DNA of 64,000 bases. It comes from Candidatus Omnitrophota bacterium. GTDB lineage: Bacteria > Omnitrophota > Gorgyraeia > Gygaellales > Profunditerraquicolaceae. Positions 24,262-33,191 of this stretch are shown here, in pieces; positions within the stretch are counted from its first letter, which is position 1, and each line of letters opens with the position of its first letter. The position numbers and the translations under genes were made by a program. Where the stretch lies: contig CAWDSS010000010.1 in assembly GCA_963805065.1 (NCBI GenBank), forward strand, positions 147,696-211,695, written 5' to 3'. The notes beneath the pieces were generated by a model that was given only the letters and a program-made list of their open reading frames with translations, made no database searches and was not told the DNA's origin.

Positions 24262-25104
24262 CTAAATCACTGCAGTTGCACTTCGCAACGCATGACAGCT
24301 GATATTTACCGCAACCGGTAATCCCGCAATATGCGTGGGAAAGGTTTCGATATTCACTGCCAGTGCGGTAGTTTTACCGCCTAAACCCATTGGCCCGATG
24401 TTCAAGTTATTGATTTCTTGCAATAGTTCCTGCTGCAAATGGGTTCTAGGTGCTGGGTTCTGGGTTTTAGGTTTTGAAATTTTTGCAAGCAAGGATTTTT
24501 TAGCTAAGAACACAGCGTAATCGGCGCTTCCCCCCACCCCTACTCCCACGATATAAGGAGGACAGGCATCCGGCCCGGCTAATTTTACTGTTTCAATAAT
24601 GAATTCTTTAATTTCGGATAAATCAGCTGTGGGTTTAAACATTTTAAGCCGGGTTTTATTTTCACAGCCAAATCCTTTAGGCAGTACACTTATTCTTATC
24701 TTGTTACCTCTGACAATATCCGTATGAATTACAGTGGGAGAATACCCGGGAGTCCCCCTTAAAAGCGGGTCTTCTATAATCGAGTTTCGTAAATAACCTT
24801 TTTTATATCCGCATTCAACGCCCTTGTTTATTGCCGAAAGCAAATCGCCTCTAACCTTTACTTCCTGGCCGATTTCCAAAAAAACCACGGGTAACCCTGT
24901 ATCCTGGCAGATAGCGATTCTTTCTTCTTTGGCAATAAAGGCATTTCTGATTATCGCATTCAGCGCATCCTTGGCTTTTCTATTTGTTTCCAACTGAAAA
25001 GATTTTTTAAGCGCGCGTGAAACATCCGGCCTTAACATCAAATTCGCCTGAATGCATAAATCCGAAACCGCATCCCTTATTTTAGTTGCAAGAATTATCC
25101 TCAT
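24262..25104 (-). CDS. class I fumarate hydratase / Fe-S hydro-lyase, alpha subunit
   Basis: 280 aa. ICQDTGLPVVFLEIG and GVGVGGSAD blocks are present. Confidence 0.8.
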   Translation of the reverse strand: MRIILATKIRDAVSDLCIQANLMLRPDVSRALKKSFQLETNRKAKDALNAIIRNAFIAKEERIAICQDTGLPVVFLEIGQEVKVRGDLLSAINKGVECGYKKGYLRNSIIEDPLLRGTPGYSPTVIHTDIVRGNKIRISVLPKGFGCENKTRLKMFKPTADLSEIKEFIIETVKLAGPDACPPYIVGVGVGGSADYAVFLAKKSLLAKISKPKTQNPAPRTHLQQELLQEINNLNIGPMGLGGKTTALAVNIETFPTHIAGLPVAVNISCHALRSATAVI

Positions 25105-25511
25105 TTTCTTTTATACTCGCCACTGACTGTTGTAGTTATGCCGCCGCGCGGGTTAAAAACTCCTGTAATCTTTACCCAGCGGGGCAAACTTACCTTAACA
25201 AAATCTTCCAGCATTTTATTTATAAGGTGTTCATGAAATATCCCGATATTTCGGAAGAATATAGTGTACATTTTAAAGGACTTTAATTCTATGCAGAATT
25301 TTGCCGGTGAATATTCAATTTTTATTACCGCAAAATCCGGCAAGCCTGTCTTAGGGCATATGCAGGTAAATTCCGGGACATCCAAAGTTACAGTATAAAT
25401 TTTATCCGGATACTCGTTTTTCCACACCTCGATTTCAGGCGTTTTTAAATTTCTTATATTTTTCTGCAATCCTTCATAACTTGATTTCTCACTCATCTTT
25501 GCCTTTTCCAT
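25101..25511 (-). CDS. queF: NADPH-dependent 7-cyano-7-deazaguanine reductase
   Basis: 136 aa. EFTCICPKTGLPDFA and IFHE motifs are present. It belongs to the queFECD cluster. Confidence 0.85.
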   Translation of the reverse strand: MEKAKMSEKSSYEGLQKNIRNLKTPEIEVWKNEYPDKIYTVTLDVPEFTCICPKTGLPDFAVIKIEYSPAKFCIELKSFKMYTIFFRNIGIFHEHLINKMLEDFVKVSLPRWVKITGVFNPRGGITTTVSGEYKRK

Positions 25512-25542
25512 TAACGATTAACCATTAACGATTAACGACTGA

Positions 25543-26217
25543 CTATTTTACTCCCACCACCTTATGCATCTGTGGAATTATGCAGGCGGTTATATTTTCC
25601 TGCATACAAATCTGCTTAAAATTAGCCAGTTTATCTTTTAAACTATCATAATCCTGCCGGCTGTCAGGCTGCAGAACTAAAACTACGCTTTTGTCCAGTT
25701 CATTTATTAAATCCAAACCAGCTCTTAGGTCTTTTTCTTCTGTTTCGCTGCTGATGATAACTTTTACGAAAACTTCTTTGCCTAAAGCTATCTGCAGGAA
25801 TTTCCTATGCAGGCCCCAGAGATTGCCCATTTGAGTAGAACTGGGCAGTTTAAAATCCATGGCAATAAAATCCAGATAATCTATTACGTCTGCAAGTTCA
25901 CCGGGCAAAGTGCCGTTAGTTTCAAGATAATTCCTGTATCCTGCATTTTTAGTAAGCTGCAGGACTTCTTTCAAAAAATCTTTTTGCAAAAGCGGCTCTC
26001 CTCCGGTAAAAGATATGGAATGATACTTATCCTGATAGAGCTTTATCTCCCCGAATAATTCCTGCGGTTCGTATTCAAGGAAGCGGTCTAATTTTGTATC
26101 ACAGAATTTGCAGCTGAGGTTACAGCCGAAAAAGCGCACAAAAATCTGCTTCTCACCCAGATACAATCCTTCTCCCTGGACACTCTCAAAAACTTCAGAA
26201 ATCCTTCCCTTTAGCAT
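25543..26217 (-). CDS. queE: 7-carboxy-7-deazaguanine synthase (radical SAM)
   Basis: 224 aa. EVFESVQGEGLYLGEKQIFVRFFGCNLSCKFCDT is the QueE N-terminal signature. Confidence 0.85.
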   Translation of the reverse strand: MLKGRISEVFESVQGEGLYLGEKQIFVRFFGCNLSCKFCDTKLDRFLEYEPQELFGEIKLYQDKYHSISFTGGEPLLQKDFLKEVLQLTKNAGYRNYLETNGTLPGELADVIDYLDFIAMDFKLPSSTQMGNLWGLHRKFLQIALGKEVFVKVIISSETEEKDLRAGLDLINELDKSVVLVLQPDSRQDYDSLKDKLANFKQICMQENITACIIPQMHKVVGVK

Positions 26218-26224
26218 AAGTATC

Positions 26225-26887
26225 TTAATTCAATAATGGGTCGGTACTACCGGCTTCCTTAAAGCCTTTCTGCCGGTAAAAACAACTGTCGCAAATTTGA
26301 CAGGGTTTATTTTTCCCCATATAACAAGACCGGGTTAATGCAAAAGGCACTGCTAATTTCATTCCTAACTTAATAATCCCTGCTTTTGTCATATTGATCA
26401 GCGGAGTTTCCAGGCGTATCTTCTTTTTTTCTACACCTGCTTTGGTTCCAGTAGAAATTACCCTGGCAAATGCCCGGAAAAATTCCGGCCTGCAATCGGG
26501 ATAACCGGAATAATCCTGGGCGTGGGCTCCGATAAATATCGTTTCAGCTCCCTTTGCCTCGGCAAAGGATAAGGCGAAACTTAAAAATATGATGTTACGT
26601 CCGGGCACATAGGTGTTAGGTATCTTGGTGCTTGAATGCGTCTTAGGCACTTTTATTTTTTTATCCAGTAGCGCTGAACCCTTCCAGGGAAGCCTGACTT
26701 TTATAACCTGCCAGGGGCAATCTGCTCTTTTTGCGATTTTTTTAGCCGCGTTTATCTCCCGTTTATGCAGTTGGCCGTAATCAAAAATAAGACAGTGGCA
26801 TTTATAGCCGCGCGACTTTGCAAAATACAAAGTGGTCGCAGAATCCAGGCCACCTGATAAAAGCACTATTGCTTTCTTATTCTTCAT
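26225..26887 (-). CDS. queC: 7-cyano-7-deazaguanine synthase
   Basis: 220 aa. A PP-loop (VLLSGGLDSAT) and a C-terminal Cys cluster (CYMGKNKPCQICDSC) are present. Confidence 0.9.
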   Translation of the reverse strand: MKNKKAIVLLSGGLDSATTLYFAKSRGYKCHCLIFDYGQLHKREINAAKKIAKRADCPWQVIKVRLPWKGSALLDKKIKVPKTHSSTKIPNTYVPGRNIIFLSFALSFAEAKGAETIFIGAHAQDYSGYPDCRPEFFRAFARVISTGTKAGVEKKKIRLETPLINMTKAGIIKLGMKLAVPFALTRSCYMGKNKPCQICDSCFYRQKGFKEAGSTDPLLN

Positions 26888-27233
26888 AAATGGCGCAGCA
26901 GGTTGTATTTTCCCACACGCTTACTGATTTTGGCTTCAGGTTATTGCGGCAAGCTGCATCATAAATATACTTGGCGATATTTTCCGAGGTGGGATTAACT
27001 TTTTTAAAATACGGGATGTTGTTCAGGTATTTATGGTCGAAAATTCCTAAGATTTTATTCAATTTCGCCTTCAGGTATTTAAAATCAGCAGCCATCCCGA
27101 TTTTATCCAGCCCTTCCTTTGAAACCACAAGTTCCACTTTCCAGTTATGGCCGTGTAAATCTTCGCACTTTCCTTTATACCCTCTTAAATTGTGCGCTGC
27201 GCTAAAGCTTGCCTCTATTCTTACGCTATACAT
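26877..27233 (-). CDS. queD: 6-carboxy-5,6,7,8-tetrahydropterin synthase
   Basis: 118 aa. FSAAHNLRGYKGKCEDLHGHNW is the QueD signature. Confidence 0.9.
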   Translation of the reverse strand: MYSVRIEASFSAAHNLRGYKGKCEDLHGHNWKVELVVSKEGLDKIGMAADFKYLKAKLNKILGIFDHKYLNNIPYFKKVNPTSENIAKYIYDAACRNNLKPKSVSVWENTTCCAIYEE

Positions 27234-28020
27234 TGCTCACCTTTTTTACATTATTAAGCGAACTTCCCAAAAACCTTTGCGCTAGCCCCCTAAACCATTC
27301 CGGATTATCGCTGACGAAAAACTGATGTTTACCCGGCCTCCTGCGGCTTAGCTCATTTTCTGATGCAAGAATTTTTTTTACTTCCATGGCAACCTGTTTT
27401 GCAGAATCAATCAGGATAACATTTTTACCCATGACATTTTTTATCACCGGTTTAAGCAAGGGATAATGCGTGCAACCCAGGATAACCGTGTCCACGTTAG
27501 CATCTTTTAAAGGCAAAAGATAAGTTTTGGCGACCTTTAAAACTACGTCCCCGGACAGCCACCCTTCTTCTACAAACGGCACAAATAAAGGGCACGCCAG
27601 GGAAATCACTTTTGCTTCATGGTCAAGCTGCCTGATTTCATTTTCATAAGAACGGCTTCTTATCGTGCCTTTCGTCCCAATTACTCCGATACGTTTGTTG
27701 CGTGTGGCATAAACAGCTTCTCTTACTCCCGGGTGCAGCACTCCTACCATAGGAACTTTAAAGTGGTTCTTAATCACGGGGAGCGCTACGCTGGAAACAG
27801 TATTGCACGCCACGCAAATAAGTTTCACGTCATGTTTTAATAAAAACAGAATATTCTCAATGGAAAAACGAATTACTGTCTCTTTTGACTTTATGCCGTA
27901 AGGAACGCGCGCAGTGTCCCCGAAATAAACGATATTTTCATAAGGCAATTGACGGATTAATTCTTTAACCACCGTAAGCCCGCCTACACCTGAATCAAAA
28001 ACACCTATAGGCCTTCTCAT
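27226..28020 (-). CDS. murI: glutamate racemase
   Basis: 264 aa. FDSGVGGLTV, VACNTVSS and LGCTHYPLL blocks are present. Confidence 0.9.
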   Translation of the reverse strand: MRRPIGVFDSGVGGLTVVKELIRQLPYENIVYFGDTARVPYGIKSKETVIRFSIENILFLLKHDVKLICVACNTVSSVALPVIKNHFKVPMVGVLHPGVREAVYATRNKRIGVIGTKGTIRSRSYENEIRQLDHEAKVISLACPLFVPFVEEGWLSGDVVLKVAKTYLLPLKDANVDTVILGCTHYPLLKPVIKNVMGKNVILIDSAKQVAMEVKKILASENELSRRRPGKHQFFVSDNPEWFRGLAQRFLGSSLNNVKKVSNV

Positions 28021-29138
28021 CGATTAGCTTCCTCCATTAATACTGCGCCTTGCGCATACTCTTCAATACCCGCTGCTATGGACTCTGCGATTCTTTGGCG
28101 GTAATAACTGTTTTTAAGCATGCGTTCTTCGTTTGCATTGGACAAAAAACCCACTTCCACTAATATTGCCGGCATAAAAACCCCTTTTAATACCTCGTAC
28201 CTTGCGCCCTTGACACCGATAATCTTTGTGCCCAGATCACAGCTGGCTGCCCTGCATACGGCACGCGATAAATTTACTGCCTGGCCGCGGCTGTTGGTAT
28301 AAATCATGTCCCAAAGAATAGCTTTTAAATCCGTTGCGTTATCGGCCAGATACGCACCCTCCAGGTTTAATCGATAATTTTTTGCAGCTGCTAACGCGCG
28401 TGTTGAGTCGTTTACGCTGGAAGAAACATAATAAACTTCGAAACCGCTTAGGCTCCTTACGCGGTTGGCATTAGCATGTATGCTTACAAATAAATCCGCA
28501 GCAAAATTATTGGCTTTCTCAGCTCTTATGTGTAGAGGAACAAACCTGTCTGAAGGCCGCGTTAAAAGTACCTGTACGTTATTTGCACTTAAAATCCTGC
28601 TTAGCCTCTTGGCAATATCCAAATTGACGTCTTTTTCCCGCAGGCCTGTCCTTCCGATAGCCCCGGGATCGTTTCCGCCATGCCCTGGATCAATAGCTAT
28701 TCTTTTTATCTTTGACAAAGCACCTGTAAATTTATGTTGAGGGTAAGATTCTTTAAGAAATATTCTGTCGACAATTTGTTCTTTAAAATCATAGGGCACA
28801 ACGATAGAACCCTGGTAAATATCTACCGAGTACCTTAAGTGTTGAGTTGCCCCGTCCTCCAACACCAATGTATCACCCACTTTCAGGTTTATTCTGTGGG
28901 AATCTTTTGTAAGCACAACTGTCCTGGCAAAGGTATCATAATTCCAGTCGATGTTTCTGGAACTGCATAGCGCTGCCAGTGAAAAATAAGTTGTGCCATT
29001 GATATTATAGGCAGGAATACCGCCTCCGGTAGGAGCGGTTGCGCAGCCAACAAAAGTTAAAAGTAAAAAGCCAAAAGTCAAAAGTACAAAAAATAATTTT
29101 AAATTCATTGATTTATGCATTGTTTTATAATCTACCAA
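28017..29138 (-). CDS. N-acetylmuramoyl-L-alanine amidase (lipoprotein-like)
   Basis: IAIDPGHGGNDPGAIG and VSIHANA blocks are present. The likely real start is MNLKLFFVLLTFGFLLLTFVGC (ATG 29108), which has a lipobox. Confidence 0.8.
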   Translation of the reverse strand: MVDYKTMHKSMNLKLFFVLLTFGFLLLTFVGCATAPTGGGIPAYNINGTTYFSLAALCSSRNIDWNYDTFARTVVLTKDSHRINLKVGDTLVLEDGATQHLRYSVDIYQGSIVVPYDFKEQIVDRIFLKESYPQHKFTGALSKIKRIAIDPGHGGNDPGAIGRTGLREKDVNLDIAKRLSRILSANNVQVLLTRPSDRFVPLHIRAEKANNFAADLFVSIHANANRVRSLSGFEVYYVSSSVNDSTRALAAAKNYRLNLEGAYLADNATDLKAILWDMIYTNSRGQAVNLSRAVCRAASCDLGTKIIGVKGARYEVLKGVFMPAILVEVGFLSNANEERMLKNSYYRQRIAESIAAGIEEYAQGAVLMEEANR

Positions 29139-29230
29139 ACGTTTTATTGGTGGTGTAATACTGTAGCTCGTTGTTTTGCTTGTACGACTATAATTTTATT
29201 CCAATCGAAGATGCCATTTTACATTAAAAT

Positions 29231-29269
29231 GGCATCCACCAAACGTTTCATTAATGAAACGTTTGGTGG
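29231..29269 (-). terminator. hairpin at the tmRNA 3' end
   Basis: CCACCAAACGTTTCA-ttaa-TGAAACGTTTGGTGG is a perfect 15-bp stem whose right arm includes the tmRNA CCACCA end. Confidence 0.5.
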
Positions 29270-29674
29270 AGGTGGGCGGCTTCGAAGCCGCCGTCCTTAA
29301 GCAATCAAATAAAAGCCGCTACATGCTTAGTTTATCTTTTAAGCTTGATCTTATGCGCTCCGGTAAACAGGATCTCATAAGACTGCAGCCTTTTAAGGTC
29401 TCGTTCCGGCCTCAAAGGCAAAGGCCGAAACCAGTCTACTAGTGCTCTATTTCATCCCGTAGACCGGATGAATAGAGGCTTCGGACTTAATTAAGCCCGA
29501 AGGCTGGGATGAACGCCGGCCTCATAGCCATTACTGGCAATGTTGCCATTGTTCCTAAACGTGACACTTGCGTGTTTGCGTTTATATTGTGCAAGGATTG
29601 TTAACGCGGCTAACCTCGCGTCCGCGGCATGCTGCTCTTACTCAACTTACCTAAGTCGAGCCCTTTTCACCCCC
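29264..29674 (-). ncRNA. ssrA: tmRNA (SsrA)
   Basis: The minus-strand 5' end is GGGGGTGAAAAGGGCTCGAC. The 3' end is GGACGGCGGCTTCGAAGCCGCCCACCTCCACCA, a tRNA-like T-arm and acceptor with a G3:U pair and CCA. It is adjacent to smpB. The ends were placed by acceptor pairing. Confidence 0.8.
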
Positions 29675-29772
29675 GATTTTCTGGCTATTAAATACAGGAA
29701 AATCGGTCCCGAAGCGTGCGATGAAAATTCCTTTGGAATTTTCGAGCGTTTACGCGAGGGACCTTCTCCTAT

Positions 29773-30228
29773 CTATCTTCTTCTATTCTTCATCACCCTA
29801 CGCATTTCCAAGTCGCTTTCGCGCCTTTTAATGTCTTCTCTTTTGTCGTATAGTTTCTTTCCCTTACAAAGAGCGAGTTCTATTTTTGCAAACCCCTTAT
29901 CATTAAAATACGCTCTCAGGGGAATCAGAGTCAAGCCCCTTTGCATAAGCTGGTCATTTATTCTTTCTATCTGCTTTTTATGCAAAAGCAGCCTGCGCAG
30001 CCTCGTTGCCTCTACATTCAGGTAACTGGCTTGCTCATAAGGGCTTATATGCGTATTATATAAAATGACTTCCTTATTTTCTACGCGGGCAAAACTGTCG
30101 TTTAGGTTTATTCTTCCTTCCCTTAACGACTTTACTTCACTACCCCGAAGCTCTATGCCGCACTCAAATGTCTCCAGTACTTCGTAATCCCTGTGCGCCT
30201 TGCGGTTTGTGGCAATAACCTTACTCAT
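29773..30228 (-). CDS. smpB: SsrA-binding protein
   Basis: 151 aa. IATNRKAHRDYEVLETFECGIELRGSEVKSLREGRINL is the SmpB signature. Confidence 0.9.
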   Translation of the reverse strand: MSKVIATNRKAHRDYEVLETFECGIELRGSEVKSLREGRINLNDSFARVENKEVILYNTHISPYEQASYLNVEATRLRRLLLHKKQIERINDQLMQRGLTLIPLRAYFNDKGFAKIELALCKGKKLYDKREDIKRRESDLEMRRVMKNRRR

Positions 30229-31181
30229 TTTATCATAATAATCATAAAATATAAACTCAATAATACAGGCAGAGTGATAATGCTTAAGAGGTGGCTGAAA
30301 AATATACCCTGGGTAATCAGCAAGTCTTCTTTTTTAACGTGGCGCACAAGCACTGAAAGCGTAGTTGCGCTAGGAACTGCCAACTGTATAAATATCAATA
30401 ATCCTACCAGGGGCGGAACGTTGAATTTTACAATAAACAGCAATCCCAGAACTGGTAAGATTATAAGTTTTGCCAGCGTTAATAAAACCATGACTTTTTT
30501 GTCTACGTGTCCTAAATGAATTTTAGCAAGATTTCCTCCCACGACCAGCATTGCCAAAGGCATGGTAGAATCTCCGATCATTTTAAAGGGGTTGTATATG
30601 AATTTAGGTACAAACTTTGCCCACCCTAAATATACCAACAAAAGGCTGGCCAGCGTGGCTGTTACCGGGAGGCTGAACAAGCTCTTCCAGGCGAATTTTT
30701 TCTCACTGGAAAATGCCAATAAATATATGCCTAAGGAAAACATCACAAAATTAAATCCCAAAAGGAACAAAAATAGATATATGAACATCGTGCTGACTTT
30801 ATCAGCCGGCAGCAATGCGGCTATTAACACTAACGGCAGGTATCCTGAATTCTGAAATCCTACCAGGCTTAAAAATTGCAGCTTATGCTGTTCTCCCGGG
30901 ATAAATCCCGTGAATATAAAACCTATCCCTAAGGCAAAAACAGTCACAGCCAGGCTAAGAAGCGGGAAAATCCACCAATTAGGATACATGCTGAAACTAA
31001 AATCGCCGATTAACTGGCAGAAAATCAAAAGCGGCAAAGTAATATCTATGGTCAGCCGGCTCAAGGAATCCAGCCCTTCCTCTCCCAAAACATTTTTCTT
31101 TACTAGAAAGTAGCCTATGGCGCCCAGGATAAAAATTTGCGCCACAGCAGAACCTGTAATTTTAAACGATTCTAGGAACAT
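30225..31181 (-). CDS. AEC (auxin efflux carrier) family transporter
   Basis: 318 aa polytopic membrane protein whose two-halves topology is typical of the AEC family. Assigned by resemblance. Confidence 0.6.
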   Translation of the reverse strand: MFLESFKITGSAVAQIFILGAIGYFLVKKNVLGEEGLDSLSRLTIDITLPLLIFCQLIGDFSFSMYPNWWIFPLLSLAVTVFALGIGFIFTGFIPGEQHKLQFLSLVGFQNSGYLPLVLIAALLPADKVSTMFIYLFLFLLGFNFVMFSLGIYLLAFSSEKKFAWKSLFSLPVTATLASLLLVYLGWAKFVPKFIYNPFKMIGDSTMPLAMLVVGGNLAKIHLGHVDKKVMVLLTLAKLIILPVLGLLFIVKFNVPPLVGLLIFIQLAVPSATTLSVLVRHVKKEDLLITQGIFFSHLLSIITLPVLLSLYFMIIMIK

Positions 31182-31251
31182 TTATCCTCCTGTAAAGCGT
31201 TTTATTATATCAGCAAAATCCCGGCGTCGCAATTATTTTGTTCTATCCATG

Positions 31252-31308
31252 GGGACACCCTTAGCTTCAATTTAAAGGGTGTCCCTGCTTTGAATTATTG
31301 GGTGTCCC
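31252..31308. repeat. GGGACACCC/GGGTGTCCC triple-site element, copy B
   Basis: GGGACACCCTTAGCTTcaatttaaaGGGTGTCCCtgctttgaattattGGGTGTCCC between the AEC gene start and the tRNA-Leu promoter. Confidence 0.75.
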
Positions 31309-31320
31309 TAGAGTTGCGTG

Positions 31321-31349
31321 TTGACAGGATTATAAGATTCGATTATACT
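31321..31349 (+). promoter_or_regulatory. sigma70-like promoter of tRNA-Leu
   Basis: TTGACA (31321-31326), 17 nt, TATACT (31344-31349), 10 nt upstream of the tRNA 5' end. Confidence 0.55.
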
Positions 31350-31359
31350 GGAGGCAATT

Positions 31360-31441
31360 GCGGAAGTGGCGGAACTGGCATACGTGTACGCTTCAGGAGC
31401 GTATGGGGTAACCCTTGAGGGTTCAACTCCCTCCTTCCGCA
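31360..31441 (+). tRNA. tRNA-Leu (CAG)
   Basis: Hand-folded as GCGGAAG..GCGGAACTGGCATACGT..TACGC-TTCAGGA-GCGTA, a long variable arm GGGGTAACCCTTG, then GAGGGTTCAACTCCCTC-CTTCCGC-A. Confidence 0.85.
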
Positions 31442-31446
31442 CTTTT

Positions 31447-33189
31447 TTATGGGGTTTGCTCTTTTTTGACTTTGTAAACCACAAGAAAAGGTATGGGACG
31501 GGTTTTATCTTCCTGCGAATAAACCAACTCGAAATTTTTCAGCGGCTGGCGGTTAAGCATCCTGAAAAACAAAGACTGTATCCCAAGAGGCGAAAACTGG
31601 ATATTTACTTCCGGCGAATCTTCAAACTCCTGAACAACCCTCACGTAATCATCCATCTTTAATTCCGGCGGCGCGAATAAAATACTTAGCTGCGGCAGCA
31701 GCAGGAATTGACTCCTTACGATAACCAAATCCACATTATACTTCCCGCATAACTTATAAGCATCTTCCTCATTGCTTAGATAAATCCTGGAAACATCTTT
31801 AAGTACTTCACTGCTTCCTTTGGGCATGTATTCCAGGTATTGGCCGTTAATCATCCTTAATGATCCCACAGCTTCATCTTCGCTAACCCAGGTAATATGA
31901 TCCACGGCTATAGCCTGCGGGTATTTTTGCTTTAAAAATTCCAGCATTTTTAAACTCAGGGCATTTGAACGGATTTCATTGATATTGTCGGGGTTTAAAG
32001 GCTGAATCCTGGAGCCGGAAATAATCAGGCCTGAAATTCCCACCGACAGAAACACAATTATAAATACCCACGGAATAAATAAAGATTCTTTCCTAAAAGC
32101 GCGGCGCATTATCCAGGAAAGCCCCAAGCTTATTGCTACGCAGGATATAATCGGCCCCACGGCAACATAACCACGCCAGCCGGTGTAAGTAGCAACCGCA
32201 CCTAAGAATATCCAAAGAATAACAAAAATATTCAATGCGTTTTTCCTGAAAAAAGCCATTACCAGAACAATGGGCAGGAAAAAAATAGGTACACCCGAAG
32301 TAAATATATAGAAAGGTAACGGCTTTACCTGATGCAGAACCGTGAAATTCTTCATGAACCAATCCATCTCTTTGGCATGAGGGTTTATTCCGAATTTTAT
32401 AGCCATAGGTAAATACCAGGGAAGAAAAATCACCAGAAACGGGGCCAGAAAGGCAATGAATAATTTCAAAACTGTTTTTATTGACTTGGGGTTATATAAA
32501 ATTAGCGCTAAAAATGCGCATAAATCCAAGGGCAAATAAATTAATATGGCGCCGCTCCACGCCAGAGTACTTAATCCGGATAGAATGCCTGAGACCATGC
32601 ATAACAAAGTTGCTCTTGGGCCGCGTGTATCTTTCAAAACCAAAATAAGCAAGAGGATACCTGCAAAAGCCAATAAATCCGACGGCACAAAAGGCATTAA
32701 TTCTCCTGTGCGCGCACGGATGATTACACCATAAGCAAGAGAAGTCCCTAAGGCTCCTATTAGGCTGAATAATGAGTCAGCCGTAATTGCCAGGCTTATC
32801 CAGTAAATGAGCAGGATGTAAAGCATACCTTCGAGTATATTGAAATAATGCGTGAATTTAATCAGCGATAAACCTTTATCAAAGAATTTTACCAGTTTAT
32901 AAGAAGAAGCCACCAGATAGTGAAACAGCGGCGGATAAGTCATAGCGCGATTTAGATTGGTAAATTCGTAAATGTCGGGGTTGGCCCTGTGGCCGGTTTC
33001 CACGACTTCTTTCACCTGACGGAAATGCCACCAGGCATCATCGCTGATAAGGGCATTTAAATTTATGTTCTGAGCCCGTAGAGGAATGCCTACGATACAT
33101 ACCAGAATCAAAAGCATAATTACCGTAGAGCGCTTATCAAGAATTTTGGTGATTTTAGGGACAGTTGGCTGTTGTTTATTCTTTTTCAT
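31447..33189 (-). CDS. polytopic membrane protein, possibly a GT-C-type glycosyltransferase
   Basis: 580 aa with more than 10 predicted TM helices and a soluble C-terminal domain. The first loop ISDDAWWHFRQ resembles the acidic loop of GT-C enzymes. No WWDYG motif was seen. Confidence 0.3.
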   Translation of the reverse strand: MKKNKQQPTVPKITKILDKRSTVIMLLILVCIVGIPLRAQNINLNALISDDAWWHFRQVKEVVETGHRANPDIYEFTNLNRAMTYPPLFHYLVASSYKLVKFFDKGLSLIKFTHYFNILEGMLYILLIYWISLAITADSLFSLIGALGTSLAYGVIIRARTGELMPFVPSDLLAFAGILLLILVLKDTRGPRATLLCMVSGILSGLSTLAWSGAILIYLPLDLCAFLALILYNPKSIKTVLKLFIAFLAPFLVIFLPWYLPMAIKFGINPHAKEMDWFMKNFTVLHQVKPLPFYIFTSGVPIFFLPIVLVMAFFRKNALNIFVILWIFLGAVATYTGWRGYVAVGPIISCVAISLGLSWIMRRAFRKESLFIPWVFIIVFLSVGISGLIISGSRIQPLNPDNINEIRSNALSLKMLEFLKQKYPQAIAVDHITWVSEDEAVGSLRMINGQYLEYMPKGSSEVLKDVSRIYLSNEEDAYKLCGKYNVDLVIVRSQFLLLPQLSILFAPPELKMDDYVRVVQEFEDSPEVNIQFSPLGIQSLFFRMLNRQPLKNFELVYSQEDKTRPIPFLVVYKVKKEQTP

Positions 33190-33191
33190 GG

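Noticed and set aside
24421-24480. A GGGTTCT/GGTTTT word repeat inside the fumarate hydratase alpha gene was considered as a possible inserted element.
   Set aside because: The reading frame is maintained (..KPKTQNPAPRTHLQQ..) and the flanking homology continues. I treat it as a low-complexity surface loop and not as a separate feature.
29254-30025. Plus-strand ORFs 29254..29442 and 29540..30025.
   Set aside because: They overlap the tmRNA gene (minus strand) and the antisense strand of smpB. No motifs are present.
31366-31662. A 98-aa plus-strand ORF.
   Set aside because: Its 5' part is the tRNA-Leu(CAG) gene and the rest is antisense to the 3' end of the 31447..33189 gene.
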